Part shown: piece by piece, positions 54,140-63,484 of the stretch
Numbering within the stretch: the stretch's first letter is position 1
Layout: each line of letters begins with the position of its first letter
Assembly (NCBI GenBank): GCA_025059195.1
Contig: JANXDU010000031.1
Coordinates: 91,892-155,891, forward strand
Reading direction: 5' to 3'
Source of the DNA: Candidatus Bathyarchaeota archaeon
GTDB lineage: Archaea > Thermoproteota > Bathyarchaeia > Bathyarchaeales > Bathycorpusculaceae
Length of the DNA: 64,000 nt
Program-made: the position numbers and the translations under genes
Notes under the pieces: generated by a model
Databases searched by the model: none
Told to the model about the DNA's origin: nothing
What the model saw: the letters and a program-made list of their open reading frames with translations, nothing else

Positions 54140-54376
54140 ATGACAATTCTTTATGAAGATGAACAAACTGCAAAAGCGGTTGCAGAGGCCGTTTCCCCAG
54201 ACAATTTAAAGGTGCCTGCGGGCTTATATGTAAGAACCGAGAAGAGAAACAATGGCGTTTGGACACGTATAAAATGTGAAAAAGGCTTTAAAACATTCAT
54301 TGCAACCATTGATGACATACTTTCTGCTATTTCAACGGCGGAGAAAACCCTAAAAACCGCGCGGAAACTTGAATAG
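54140..54376 (+). CDS. pcc1: KEOPS subunit Pcc1-like (78 aa)
   Basis: Small protein with a Pcc1-like pattern (A.AV..A..PDN......L......N.....I.......F.ATIDD.L..I..AE). ATG at 54140 lies 2 nt after the recJ-like stop. The upstream extension from 54086 is rejected. Confidence 0.65.
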   Translation: MTILYEDEQTAKAVAEAVSPDNLKVPAGLYVRTEKRNNGVWTRIKCEKGFKTFIATIDDILSAISTAEKTLKTARKLE

Positions 54377-54413
54377 AAACGTATGCGTTTCTCTATACGG
54401 CGAGTGAAATAAA

Positions 54414-55703
54414 ATGTTGGACATAAAACTCATCAGAGAAAACCCTAAGCTTGTAAGGGAGAACCTCGCGAGAAGAGGGGATTCTGAAAACCTAAGAATG
54501 TTGGATGAGCTTATCGAATACGACAAACTCTGGCGGCAAAATTTAACAAAACTTAATGAGCTACGACGTGAAAGAAATAGGATAACCGCCGAAATTGCAG
54601 CAGCGAAAAGGAAGGGAGAAGATGTTTCAGCTTTTGTTGCAAAAGCCAAAACCATAGATGAGGAAATAACAAAACTTGAGAAACTAGTCGCCGAATACGA
54701 AGCTAAAGTGCATAACTATCTCATGTTGCTGCCCAATCTTTTGCATGAATCGGTTCCTATGGGCAAGGATGAAGCAGACAACGTCGTTGTTAGAACTTGG
54801 GGTGAACCGTCAAAATTCGGTTTTCCACCTAAAGACCACATCGATTTGGGCTTAAGTCTAGACATAATGGACATTGAAAGGGCTGGAAAAATTGCGGGGG
54901 CCAGATTTTTCTATTTGAAAAAGGAAGGTGTACTTTTGGATATGGCTTTAATTAACTTCGCCTTAGAAGAAATGGTTAAAAAGGGTTTCACACCCATTGA
55001 GCCGCCTTTGCTCATGAGACGCAAACCCTACGAGGGAGTAATAGCCCTCAGCGACTTTGAAAACGACTTGTACAAGGTTGAGGGCGAAGACTTGTATTTA
55101 ATTGCAACCTCGGAGCATCCGATGGCGGCCATGTTCATGAATGAAGTTCTGAAGGCTGAAGACCTCCCCATAAAGTTTGTTGGGATAAGCACAAACTTCA
55201 GGAAGGAGGCTGGCGCCCACGGCAAAGACACTCGGGGGATTTTCCGCACTCATCAGTTTAATAAGGTTGAACAATTCGTTTTTTGCAAACCCGAAGACTC
55301 GTGGGAAATTCACGAAGAGCTGATAAGAAACGCTGAAGAGCTTGTGCAAAAGCTTGGTCTGCCATACCGTGTTGTAAACGTTTGCACGGGCGACATTGGA
55401 AAAGTTGCCGCCAAAAAATATGATATCGAAGTTTGGATGCCAGCCCAAAACGCTTACAGAGAAATAATATCATGTAGCAACTGCACTGAGTACCAGTCGA
55501 GGAGACTTAACATTCGCTACCGAGAGAAGGAGGGTGAACCGCCAAAAGGCTTCGTGCACACTTTAAACTCCACGGCGTTGGCCACGGGAAGAACAATTGT
55601 AGCCATACTGGAAAACTATCAGCAGGAAGACGGATCAGTGATTATTCCAGAAGTTTTGAGAAAATACATGATGGGTATAGAAAAAATATCCCCAAAAAAG
55701 TAA
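54414..55703 (+). CDS. serS: seryl-tRNA synthetase
   Basis: N-terminal coiled coil (MLDIKLIREN) and class II motifs (ATSEHP, FRKEAG..GKDTRGIFR.HQF.KVEQF, TLNSTA.A..R). Confidence 0.95.
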   Translation: MLDIKLIRENPKLVRENLARRGDSENLRMLDELIEYDKLWRQNLTKLNELRRERNRITAEIAAAKRKGEDVSAFVAKAKTIDEEITKLEKLVAEYEAKVHNYLMLLPNLLHESVPMGKDEADNVVVRTWGEPSKFGFPPKDHIDLGLSLDIMDIERAGKIAGARFFYLKKEGVLLDMALINFALEEMVKKGFTPIEPPLLMRRKPYEGVIALSDFENDLYKVEGEDLYLIATSEHPMAAMFMNEVLKAEDLPIKFVGISTNFRKEAGAHGKDTRGIFRTHQFNKVEQFVFCKPEDSWEIHEELIRNAEELVQKLGLPYRVVNVCTGDIGKVAAKKYDIEVWMPAQNAYREIISCSNCTEYQSRRLNIRYREKEGEPPKGFVHTLNSTALATGRTIVAILENYQQEDGSVIIPEVLRKYMMGIEKISPKK

Positions 55704-55754
55704 AAGTTTAATACTTTACAATGAGACTTTTCTCCGCTAAAATGGAGGGCTATT

Positions 55755-56363
55755 GTGTCAGCTAAAAAGGTTCGAGACAAATGGCGCAGCAAAGCATGGT
55801 ACACTGTAATAGCTCCGTCTTATTTTGGAAACGTGGAATTGGGATCAATTCCGGCAGATGAGCCGGAAAAACTTATAGGAAGAGTTGTTGAGGCAACCCT
55901 TTACGATATCACCGGGGACTTTGCCCACCAATACTTAAAAATCTACTTTCAAATAACAAATATTGAAGGGAAAACGGCCCATACAATGTTTAAAGGACAT
56001 GAATACTCAAGGGATTATCTGCGGAGCTTAGTGCGTCGAAGAACGACAAAAGTTGATGGTATATTCAACATATTAACTAAAGATGGATACAAGCTCAGGG
56101 TTGCCGTTTGCGCTTTCACCCTTTCAAGGATTAAAACTTCACAAGAAGAAGCTATACGCAAGGTTATGGCGAAGATTGTTGAGGAGAAAAGTAAAACCTT
56201 AACGTTGGATCAGTTTGTTCAAGAAATGGTGCTTGGAAAAATCGCTTCCGACGTTTATAACGAGGCTAAAAAGGTTGTCCCGTTGCGCCACGTGGGCGTT
56301 AGAAAATCTAAGCTTTTAATGTCAGTAGCCAAGCCTCAAATGCCTTTGCAAAAGGCGGAGTAA
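55755..56363 (+). CDS. rps3ae: ribosomal protein eS1 (S3Ae)
   Basis: KVRDKWRSKAWYTVIAPSYFG...IGRVVEATLYD. GTG start. Confidence 0.92.
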   Translation: MSAKKVRDKWRSKAWYTVIAPSYFGNVELGSIPADEPEKLIGRVVEATLYDITGDFAHQYLKIYFQITNIEGKTAHTMFKGHEYSRDYLRSLVRRRTTKVDGIFNILTKDGYKLRVAVCAFTLSRIKTSQEEAIRKVMAKIVEEKSKTLTLDQFVQEMVLGKIASDVYNEAKKVVPLRHVGVRKSKLLMSVAKPQMPLQKAE

Positions 56364-56365
56364 AG

Positions 56366-56911
56366 TTAACCTTCAACAAGTTTTTTGCCGTATTCATAAC
56401 CCCTTTCAAATGCTTTTAAATTTAACTCTTCAGTCCCTTTTGGAACATTGGCTTTGATAGCCTCTTTTAGGGCTTCCTTGTCCACTACTCCGGTTATGGC
56501 GGTGAGGGCGCCAAGCATAACAACATTTGCAACGATTGTTCTTCCAAGTTCTTCTGCTATTCGCGTAGCTGGCACTCGGAAAATTTTAACGCCCTCAAGC
56601 TTCTTCTCATTGGGGATCATGTCTGGATCAAGGATTATTGTGCCGCCCTTTTTTACATCTTCAGCGTATTCGTTATAGGCATGCTGGGACATTAACACCA
56701 AAATGTCTGGCTCCGTTATCTTTGGAAAGTCAATTTCGCTATATGAAATTACGACTTCTGATTTACAAGCCCCCCCACGTGACTCCGGACCATAAGACTG
56801 GGTTTGCACTGCATGTTTTCCACCATAGATACACGCTGCCATGGCTGTCATAATCCCAGACTTTATTATCCCTTGTCCGCCGAAACCTGCAAATCTGATT
56901 TCTATTCGCAT
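56366..56911 (-). CDS. 2-oxoacid:ferredoxin oxidoreductase, gamma subunit
   Basis: IRFAGFGGQGI...SYGPESRGG motif. Last gene of the delta-alpha-beta-gamma operon. Confidence 0.88.
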   Translation of the reverse strand: MRIEIRFAGFGGQGIIKSGIMTAMAACIYGGKHAVQTQSYGPESRGGACKSEVVISYSEIDFPKITEPDILVLMSQHAYNEYAEDVKKGGTIILDPDMIPNEKKLEGVKIFRVPATRIAEELGRTIVANVVMLGALTAITGVVDKEALKEAIKANVPKGTEELNLKAFERGYEYGKKLVEG

Positions 56912-56924
56912 TTTCCTTCGCCCC

Positions 56925-57755
56925 TCATTCTTTTTTCACGATTTTGGCTATTTTACCATAAAGCAGCTGCTCATATGTCGGTTTTTCTATATCCACAAAC
57001 TCTCCAACAACGATTTTTTCTGGTGTGATTTCGGCCTTTGCTGGATCTGAAAAGTTTGCTATTACAGAGGCTTTTCTGAACCATTCCATCATTTCAAGTC
57101 CCGTTCGCATGTTGTTTCGGCGCCCGTATATTTCTGGGCAAGGGGATACAACTTCTATAAAAGAGAATCCCTTTCGCTGCAGCAACTTCTTTATTGACAT
57201 TGTTAACATGCGTACGTGAAGCGTTGTCCATCTAGCTACGTAGGTTGCTCCAGAGGCTGTTGCAAGATGGACGAGGTTAAAGGGATGTTCTACGTTGCCA
57301 TAGGGCGTCGTAGTTGTTAAGGCTTCCAAAGGTGTGGTCGGCCCCACCTGTCCTCCGGTCATTCCATAATTGAAGTTGTTGGCGCAAATCACCTTTATGC
57401 CGATGTTTCTTCTCGCCGCGTGGATAAAATGATTTCCACCTATGGCAAAAAGGTCGCCGTCGCCGCTTATAACAACCACTTCCAGCTCCGGTTTGGCAAG
57501 TTTGACGCCGGTGGCAAAGGGTATTGCGCGGCCATGGGTTGTGTGAAATGAATCTACGTTTGTATATCCGGCTGTCCTTCCTATGCAGCCTATTCCGGAA
57601 ACCACTACAAACTTGTCCAAGTCCATTCGCAGCTCGTCTAACGCATGTATGAAGGCGTTTAGGATTACTCCGTTTCCGCACCCAGAACACCATATATGTG
57701 GAATCATGGCGGCTCTGAGATACACTGCAAATGGGTGTTCAAAAGCCCCAGCCAT
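56925..57755 (-). CDS. 2-oxoacid:ferredoxin oxidoreductase, beta (TPP-binding) subunit
   Basis: WCSGCGNG, SGIGC and GDGD.FAIGGNH motifs. The start overlaps the alpha-subunit stop (TAATG). Confidence 0.9.
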   Translation of the reverse strand: MAGAFEHPFAVYLRAAMIPHIWCSGCGNGVILNAFIHALDELRMDLDKFVVVSGIGCIGRTAGYTNVDSFHTTHGRAIPFATGVKLAKPELEVVVISGDGDLFAIGGNHFIHAARRNIGIKVICANNFNYGMTGGQVGPTTPLEALTTTTPYGNVEHPFNLVHLATASGATYVARWTTLHVRMLTMSIKKLLQRKGFSFIEVVSPCPEIYGRRNNMRTGLEMMEWFRKASVIANFSDPAKAEITPEKIVVGEFVDIEKPTYEQLLYGKIAKIVKKE

Positions 57756-58906
57756 TAACCATGCCTCCTTATGGCAGCAAAGATTTCCATCGGCGTGTGG
57801 GGGTTTTCTCCAAGCTTTGGAACGTGATATGCCGGCGTTGTTTTCGCGGCTCTTTCAACTTCTCGTACTATTTGGCCGCAGTTCATTTCTGGAACGATTA
57901 TGGCTTTTGCTTTTTCAGCAGCTTTTGCCACGTGCTTTCCCGGGAAAGGCCATAGGGTGATCAAGCGGAGAAGACCCGCTTTGACGCCTTGTTCTCTGGC
58001 CCTTCTTACAGCGCTCAGCGCCGACCTTGCTACTATTCCATAGGCAACAACCACCACGTCCGCGTCGTCCAGCATCACTTCTTCAACGCGAACTATTTTG
58101 TCAGCGTTTTTCCTTATTTTGTCGCACAATCTTTGGACAAGTCTTGTTTGAACTTCTGAATCTTGTGTCCGCGGATAACCACGCTCGTCGTGGGTTAAAC
58201 CCGTAGCATGAAAGCGGTAACCCTCGCCGAAGCATGCCATTGGCGGAACCAAATCGTCGTCGGGCATAAAGGGCATATAATCATCTCGAGATACGCTTGG
58301 CTTTTTGCGATTAACAATCCGTATATTCTCGGGAGGCGGTATAACCACCCTTTCCCACATGTGAGCCACAATCTCGTCAGCCATTACAAATGTTGGAACA
58401 CGATATGTTTCAGCCAGATTGAAGGCTTCAACCGTAAAGTCAAACATTTCCTGAACAGAAGAAGGCGCCAAGGCTATAATTTCATAATCTCCGTGAGAAC
58501 CCCACTTAACCTGCATAACATCTTGCTGTCCTGGGAGAGTTGGCTGACCAGTACTAGGGCCTCCACGCATAACGTCAACAATCACGCATGGAGCTTCTGT
58601 CATGACCGCCAAGCCGATGTTCTCTTGCATTAGGCTAAAGCCCGGTCCAGAGGTTGCGGTCATAGCCTTTAAACCAGCATAGGAGGCGCCTATGACAGCT
58701 GCTATTGAGGCGATTTCATCTTCCATTTGAATGTAGATTCCGCCAACCTCCGGCATTCTAGCGGCCATATGCTCAGCTATTTCTGTTGCTGGCGTTATTG
58801 GATATCCCGCGAAAAATCGACATCCGGCAGCTATGGCACCTTCCGCACATGCGATGTCGCCACTCATGAAGTGTACGCCTGTTAAAACCGCCTTATCACC
58901 GCCCAT
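57755..58906 (-). CDS. 2-oxoacid:ferredoxin oxidoreductase, alpha subunit
   Basis: GDIACAEGAIAAGCRFFAGYPITPATEI..., typical of OFOR alpha subunits. Confidence 0.9.
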   Translation of the reverse strand: MGGDKAVLTGVHFMSGDIACAEGAIAAGCRFFAGYPITPATEIAEHMAARMPEVGGIYIQMEDEIASIAAVIGASYAGLKAMTATSGPGFSLMQENIGLAVMTEAPCVIVDVMRGGPSTGQPTLPGQQDVMQVKWGSHGDYEIIALAPSSVQEMFDFTVEAFNLAETYRVPTFVMADEIVAHMWERVVIPPPENIRIVNRKKPSVSRDDYMPFMPDDDLVPPMACFGEGYRFHATGLTHDERGYPRTQDSEVQTRLVQRLCDKIRKNADKIVRVEEVMLDDADVVVVAYGIVARSALSAVRRAREQGVKAGLLRLITLWPFPGKHVAKAAEKAKAIIVPEMNCGQIVREVERAAKTTPAYHVPKLGENPHTPMEIFAAIRRHG

Positions 58907-59158
58907 TTAACATCCATCCATACACTGTTTTCCCCTAACAAAAATTGCGAAGTCCGGGCATACTGCTGTGCAGAAACTGCATAATATACAGTTTTTTTCA
59001 TCAACAACTCTTGGGGGGTGAACCCCCCTGGCATTAATTTCGTCGGATTCCTCTAAAACTTTTTTGGGGCAATAATGTATGCAGAAACCGCAACCTTTAC
59101 ACTGGTCTTTTAATATGTGAATTTCGGCTTTTAGCTTCAATACCTTTTTCTCATTCAT
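58907..59158 (-). CDS. 2-oxoacid:ferredoxin oxidoreductase, delta (2x[4Fe-4S] ferredoxin) subunit
   Basis: CKGCGFCIHYCP and CILCSFCTAVCP motifs. ATG at 59158 is preferred over the 13-codon extension. Confidence 0.85.
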   Translation of the reverse strand: MNEKKVLKLKAEIHILKDQCKGCGFCIHYCPKKVLEESDEINARGVHPPRVVDEKNCILCSFCTAVCPDFAIFVRGKQCMDGC

Positions 59159-59408
59159 CGGAGCTCTTAAAAAATTCGCCACCATCAAACCCACCATCTC
59201 GAAGCGTCATCATCGCTTGACTTTCTCTGTTTTTCTCCCCTTGAAAGTCAGTCATTTTAGCTCCTTTTAAGAGTCCCATGCTGATCTTTCTTAGAGAGAA
59301 GGTATTGTTCAAGGATATAAACTTTTACAAATGTAAAGGTTTTAACCACGAACCAAATCCCTTATAGCCCCAAGATAATAACAAACCATAGTGAGAGGGT
59401 TACTTTAA

Positions 59409-60440
59409 ATGGAGGAGATTAAAGTCGTCTTGTACGGGGTTGGCGCTGTTGGAAGTTTAATAGCGAAGTTTCTCCTTGAAAAGAGCGGCGTAAGGATAGT
59501 TGGCGCAATTGACGTGGCTAGGGATAAGGTTGGCAGGGATCTTGGCGAAGTTTTAGGCGCAGTCAAAAAGTTAGGCGTAATAATTTCAGATGACGTTGAC
59601 GCCGTGTTTTCAAAAACGAAGCCAGACATAGCTATCCACACAACGTCATCCTATCTTGCAGAAACTTACTCCCAGATAGCCTCCATTATTAAACATGGTG
59701 TAAATGTAATATCAACATGCGAAGAGCTATCATACCCATATTATTCAGAGCCGGATCTTGCAAAGAAGTTGGACGGACTAGCTAAAAAACATGATGTTTC
59801 AGTTCTTGGCACTGGCATAAATCCGGGTTTCTTAATGGACACGCTTGTGATTACTTTGACCGCGGCTTGTCAAAGGATAGAAAGGATTGAAGCGGTTAGA
59901 GTTATGAACGCCGCAACGAGGCGTTTACCCTTCCAGAAAAAAATAGGTGCAGGCTTAACTATGGAGGAATTTAGACAAAAGATTGATATGGGCGAGATAA
60001 CTGGACACGTGGGACTTGAACAATCCATTGCAATGATCGCAGATGCTATAGCATGGAGGCTTGATAAAATAGAGGCGGAGCCAGCTGAACCGGTAATAGC
60101 TAAAAAACCAGTGAAAAGCGACTTTATAAAGGTGGAGGCTGGAAAAGTTGCAGGTTTAAGACAAAGGGCAAAAGGGGTTATGAGAAACAGGGAAGTTATA
60201 GTCCTAGATTTTCAGGCCTATATCGGTGCGAATGAAGAATATGACGCTATAACAATAGAGGGTGTTCCAACCATCAAACAGAAAATACAGCCGTGCATTC
60301 ATGGGGACGTTGGCACCGTTGCGATGGTTGTTAATGCCATTCCGAAAGTGTTAAACGCGCCAGCGGGACTACTTACCATGAAGGATTTGCCAGTCCCCTC
60401 TGCTGCATTGGAGGATATGCGGAAATATTTGAAAGCTTAA
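59409..60440 (+). CDS. DapB-N-like NAD(P)-dependent dehydrogenase (2,4-diaminopentanoate dehydrogenase / native amine dehydrogenase family)
   Basis: Rossmann N-terminus KVVLYGVGAVGSLIAKFLL plus VRIVGAIDV..DKVGRDLGE. The length and C-terminal domain resemble DapB-like amine dehydrogenases. Substrate unknown. Confidence 0.6.
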   Translation: MEEIKVVLYGVGAVGSLIAKFLLEKSGVRIVGAIDVARDKVGRDLGEVLGAVKKLGVIISDDVDAVFSKTKPDIAIHTTSSYLAETYSQIASIIKHGVNVISTCEELSYPYYSEPDLAKKLDGLAKKHDVSVLGTGINPGFLMDTLVITLTAACQRIERIEAVRVMNAATRRLPFQKKIGAGLTMEEFRQKIDMGEITGHVGLEQSIAMIADAIAWRLDKIEAEPAEPVIAKKPVKSDFIKVEAGKVAGLRQRAKGVMRNREVIVLDFQAYIGANEEYDAITIEGVPTIKQKIQPCIHGDVGTVAMVVNAIPKVLNAPAGLLTMKDLPVPSAALEDMRKYLKA

Positions 60441-60457
60441 CTTGTTGGTGTCATACC

Positions 60458-61231
60458 TTGGCGTTTCAGGTTGACGTGAACTGCGACTTGGGAGAAAGTT
60501 ACGGAAGCTTCAAAGTTGGAAATGACGCCGAAATAATGCCATGCGTAACTTCTGTAAACATTGCGTGCGGCTTCCACGCTGGAGACCCCTTAACAATTGC
60601 GCATACCATAGCCCTTGCAAAAAAGCATAGGGTAGCTGTCGGCGCTCACCCTGGATATCCAGACCTCATGGGTTTTGGAAGGCGAGAAATGCAAATAACA
60701 TACGAAGAGGCAAAAAGCTACATTATCTATCAAGTTGGCGCTCTTCAAGGCTTCGCAAAAGTTTTCGGCATCACCCTTCAACATGTAAAGCCTCACGGCG
60801 CCATGTACAACAAAGCCCTAAAAAACGAGGAACTCGCCGAAGCAATAGCCGAAGCCATATTGGAGTTAAACTCAAACCTAATAGTTTTTGCACCGCCAAA
60901 ATCCGTTATGGCGAAAAGGGCTACTAAAGCTGGATTACGTGTCGCCTACGAATTTTTCGCAGACAGAGCATACAACCCCGATGGAAGTTTGGTTCCAAGG
61001 AAAATGGCCGGCTCTGTAATTGAGAAGCCGGGAGAAGTCGTTGAAAGGACTTTAAAAGCTATAACGGAAGGTGTAGTGGAAGCCGTCAACGGCGAAATCG
61101 TAGAGCTGGGTACCATACACACCATTTGCGTTCACAGCGACACCCCCACAGCCCCAAAAATTGCTCAAGCCTTGAGAAGCGGACTTATAAAGGCAGGCAT
61201 AGAGGTTAAATCGGTAGGCCAGTTTATCTAA
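60458..61231 (+). CDS. pxpA: 5-oxoprolinase subunit A (LamB/YcsF family)
   Basis: VDVNCDLGESYG, NIACGFHAGDP and VKPHGAMYN motifs. TTG start. Confidence 0.9.
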   Translation: MAFQVDVNCDLGESYGSFKVGNDAEIMPCVTSVNIACGFHAGDPLTIAHTIALAKKHRVAVGAHPGYPDLMGFGRREMQITYEEAKSYIIYQVGALQGFAKVFGITLQHVKPHGAMYNKALKNEELAEAIAEAILELNSNLIVFAPPKSVMAKRATKAGLRVAYEFFADRAYNPDGSLVPRKMAGSVIEKPGEVVERTLKAITEGVVEAVNGEIVELGTIHTICVHSDTPTAPKIAQALRSGLIKAGIEVKSVGQFI

Positions 61232-61241
61232 CTAGACCGCT

Positions 61242-61973
61242 ATGAACGGAGTTTATTTATCTGCCCGGTACCTACCTTTCGGCGACGCCGCCTTGACAGT
61301 TGAGTTTGGCACTGTAATCAATTTGGCTGTGAATCACAAAGTTATAGCGTTAAACGAAGCGCTTATGAAGGCAAGCATACCGGGAATTGAAGAACTTGTT
61401 CCAACCTATAGGTCGCTTCTCATCCGTTATGATCCGGCAAAAATAACTTATGAACGGTTAGTGGCGCAAATTAGAGAAGTCGAGGAAAAATTAAAGGAAA
61501 CACCAAGAGAGAAAAAAAGAAAGCTCACTGTGCCGGTTGTTTACGGCGGCGTTTACGGGCCAGATTTGGGTTTTGTGGCAGATTATCATGGTTCAACAGA
61601 AAGCCAAGTGGTTAAGTTTCATTCCGGGAAAGAGTATAGAGTTTACATGATCGGCTTTGTAGCTGGTTTCCCTTATCTGGGCGATGTTCCAGACGAAATT
61701 GCAACTCCACGCCTTGAAACACCCCGCCTCAGGGTTCCAGCAGGCTCTGTTGGGATCGCAGAAAAGCAGACGGGTATTTATCCATGTGAGGCCCCCGGCG
61801 GATGGCGCATCATAGGCAGAACCCCCATCAAACTTTTTGACCCCCAATGGCAACCTCCAGCATTGCTGAAGCCCGGAGATACTGTAAAGTTCAAACCAAT
61901 CTCGGAAGGGGAGTTTCAAAGAATAGAAAGGCTTGTTGCAATAGGCGCCTATAAGCCACAGTTTGAGGAGTAA
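61242..61973 (+). CDS. pxpB: 5-oxoprolinase subunit B (KipI / allophanate hydrolase subunit 1 family)
   Basis: GDAALTVEFG...VPTYRSLLIRYDP, GF.AGFPYLG, and GGW.IIGRTP motifs. Confidence 0.88.
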   Translation: MNGVYLSARYLPFGDAALTVEFGTVINLAVNHKVIALNEALMKASIPGIEELVPTYRSLLIRYDPAKITYERLVAQIREVEEKLKETPREKKRKLTVPVVYGGVYGPDLGFVADYHGSTESQVVKFHSGKEYRVYMIGFVAGFPYLGDVPDEIATPRLETPRLRVPAGSVGIAEKQTGIYPCEAPGGWRIIGRTPIKLFDPQWQPPALLKPGDTVKFKPISEGEFQRIERLVAIGAYKPQFEE

Positions 61974-61974
61974 A

Positions 61975-62925
61975 ATGAACGTTTTTCAAGTGTTAAAACC
62001 CGGGTTTTTAACAACGGTGCAAGATTTGGGAAGATATGGCTACCTTAAATTTGGAGTGCCCGTTTCCGGCGCCATGGACACATTTTCAATGGTGGCAGGA
62101 AACTTGCTTGTCGCAAACAACCCCAACGATGCTTGTTTGGAGATAACCCTTCTAGGCATTGAAATGCAAGCGTTAACAGACACGCAAATCGCCGTTACCG
62201 GTGGGTTGATCCCCGTGAAAATTAACGGCGAAAATGCGCCTATGTGGCAAACGTTAACTGTGCGTAAGGGCGAAACAGTATCGCTTGGAAAAGTAGCGAA
62301 GGGGTGTAGGAGCTATCTCTCTATTCGGGGAGGAATAAACACGCCAATAGTTCTTGGAAGCCGATCCACGTATGTGCGTGGAAAATTGGGCGGAATTGAA
62401 GGTAGACCATTAAAGGCCGGAGATATAATTCAAGGATTTAGCGTTCCTCCTCTAAGGGATTGTTTTAAAATGCCAGAAAACCTAGTGCCTCAGTTTACTG
62501 GTAATTTTTCGGTTCATGTCGTTCTAGGGCCTCAAGCAGATATGTTCACCGAAAAGGGCATCGAAACCTTCCTTTCAAGCTCATACACGGTTACGATGGA
62601 ATCGGACCGCATGGGATACCGCCTTGAAGGCCCCCAAATAGAACACAGAGATAGAGCAGAAATAGTGTCAGACGCTCTCCTTCCCGGGGCAATTCAAGTC
62701 CCAGGGAACGGAAAGCCAATTATAATAATGAAAGACGCCCAGACAACGGGGGGCTACCCAAAAATTGCAGTTGCTACAACTCCGGACTTAGACATGCTTG
62801 GTCAAGCAAAACCAAACGACACCGTAAGATTTTTTGAAATCACCCTTGAAGAGGCTTATGAAAGGTTCTTAGAATACCGCAGAAAGCTTTCCGGTTTGGC
62901 TGAAAAACTAATCAAGACGAACTAA
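61975..62925 (+). CDS. pxpC: 5-oxoprolinase subunit C (KipA / allophanate hydrolase subunit 2 family)
   Basis: PGFLTTVQDLGRYGY...GVPVSGAMD, SDRMGYRLEG and TTGGYPKIA motifs. ATG at 61975 lies 2 nt after the pxpB stop. Confidence 0.88.
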   Translation: MNVFQVLKPGFLTTVQDLGRYGYLKFGVPVSGAMDTFSMVAGNLLVANNPNDACLEITLLGIEMQALTDTQIAVTGGLIPVKINGENAPMWQTLTVRKGETVSLGKVAKGCRSYLSIRGGINTPIVLGSRSTYVRGKLGGIEGRPLKAGDIIQGFSVPPLRDCFKMPENLVPQFTGNFSVHVVLGPQADMFTEKGIETFLSSSYTVTMESDRMGYRLEGPQIEHRDRAEIVSDALLPGAIQVPGNGKPIIIMKDAQTTGGYPKIAVATTPDLDMLGQAKPNDTVRFFEITLEEAYERFLEYRRKLSGLAEKLIKTN

Positions 62926-62967
62926 TTTAAACAAGTCCACCATTAACCTTGCGTAGTTGCGCAGGTG

Positions 62968-63429
62968 ATGTGCATGTGCGCCACACACGTTCACAAAAAG
63001 GGTGCGTTATCCCTTGAAAAATTGATTGAGGAGACGAAAAACAAACCGAATTTTCAAAGAGCTGGGGCCATAGCCGTTTTCATAGGTGTTGTCCGCGGAG
63101 AAAACCCGCATAAAGAGAAAGTTCAAAAGCTAGAGATAGAGGCTTACGAAGAGAAGGCGGATGAAGTTTTGTCAGAAATATGTCAAGACTTAAAGAAAAG
63201 ACCTGGAATAGTGGACGTTCAGATACACCATTTTCTCGGAGAGTTTAATGTAGGGGAAGACTTGGTCTACGTCTTAGTCGCTGGCTCCCATAGGAAAAAC
63301 GTCTTTCCAGTTTTGAAGGCGGCTGTTAAAAGATACAAGAAAGAAGCTCCAATATTCAAAAAGGAGTACGTCATCACAGAAAATGGCAATGTTAAAGCCT
63401 ACTGGGTTGCCGAGAGGGAGGAAGGTTAA
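62968..63429 (+). CDS. moaE: molybdopterin synthase catalytic subunit MoaE
   Basis: GAIAVFIGVVRGE..., LEIEAYEE.A, IHHFLGEF.VGE, GSHRK..F, and APIFKKE motifs. Confidence 0.88.
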   Translation: MCMCATHVHKKGALSLEKLIEETKNKPNFQRAGAIAVFIGVVRGENPHKEKVQKLEIEAYEEKADEVLSEICQDLKKRPGIVDVQIHHFLGEFNVGEDLVYVLVAGSHRKNVFPVLKAAVKRYKKEAPIFKKEYVITENGNVKAYWVAEREEG

Positions 63430-63484
63430 TCTTTGAAAAGTGTTATTAAGCATTCCACAAAATTATTTGAAGGGATGAAAGGTC

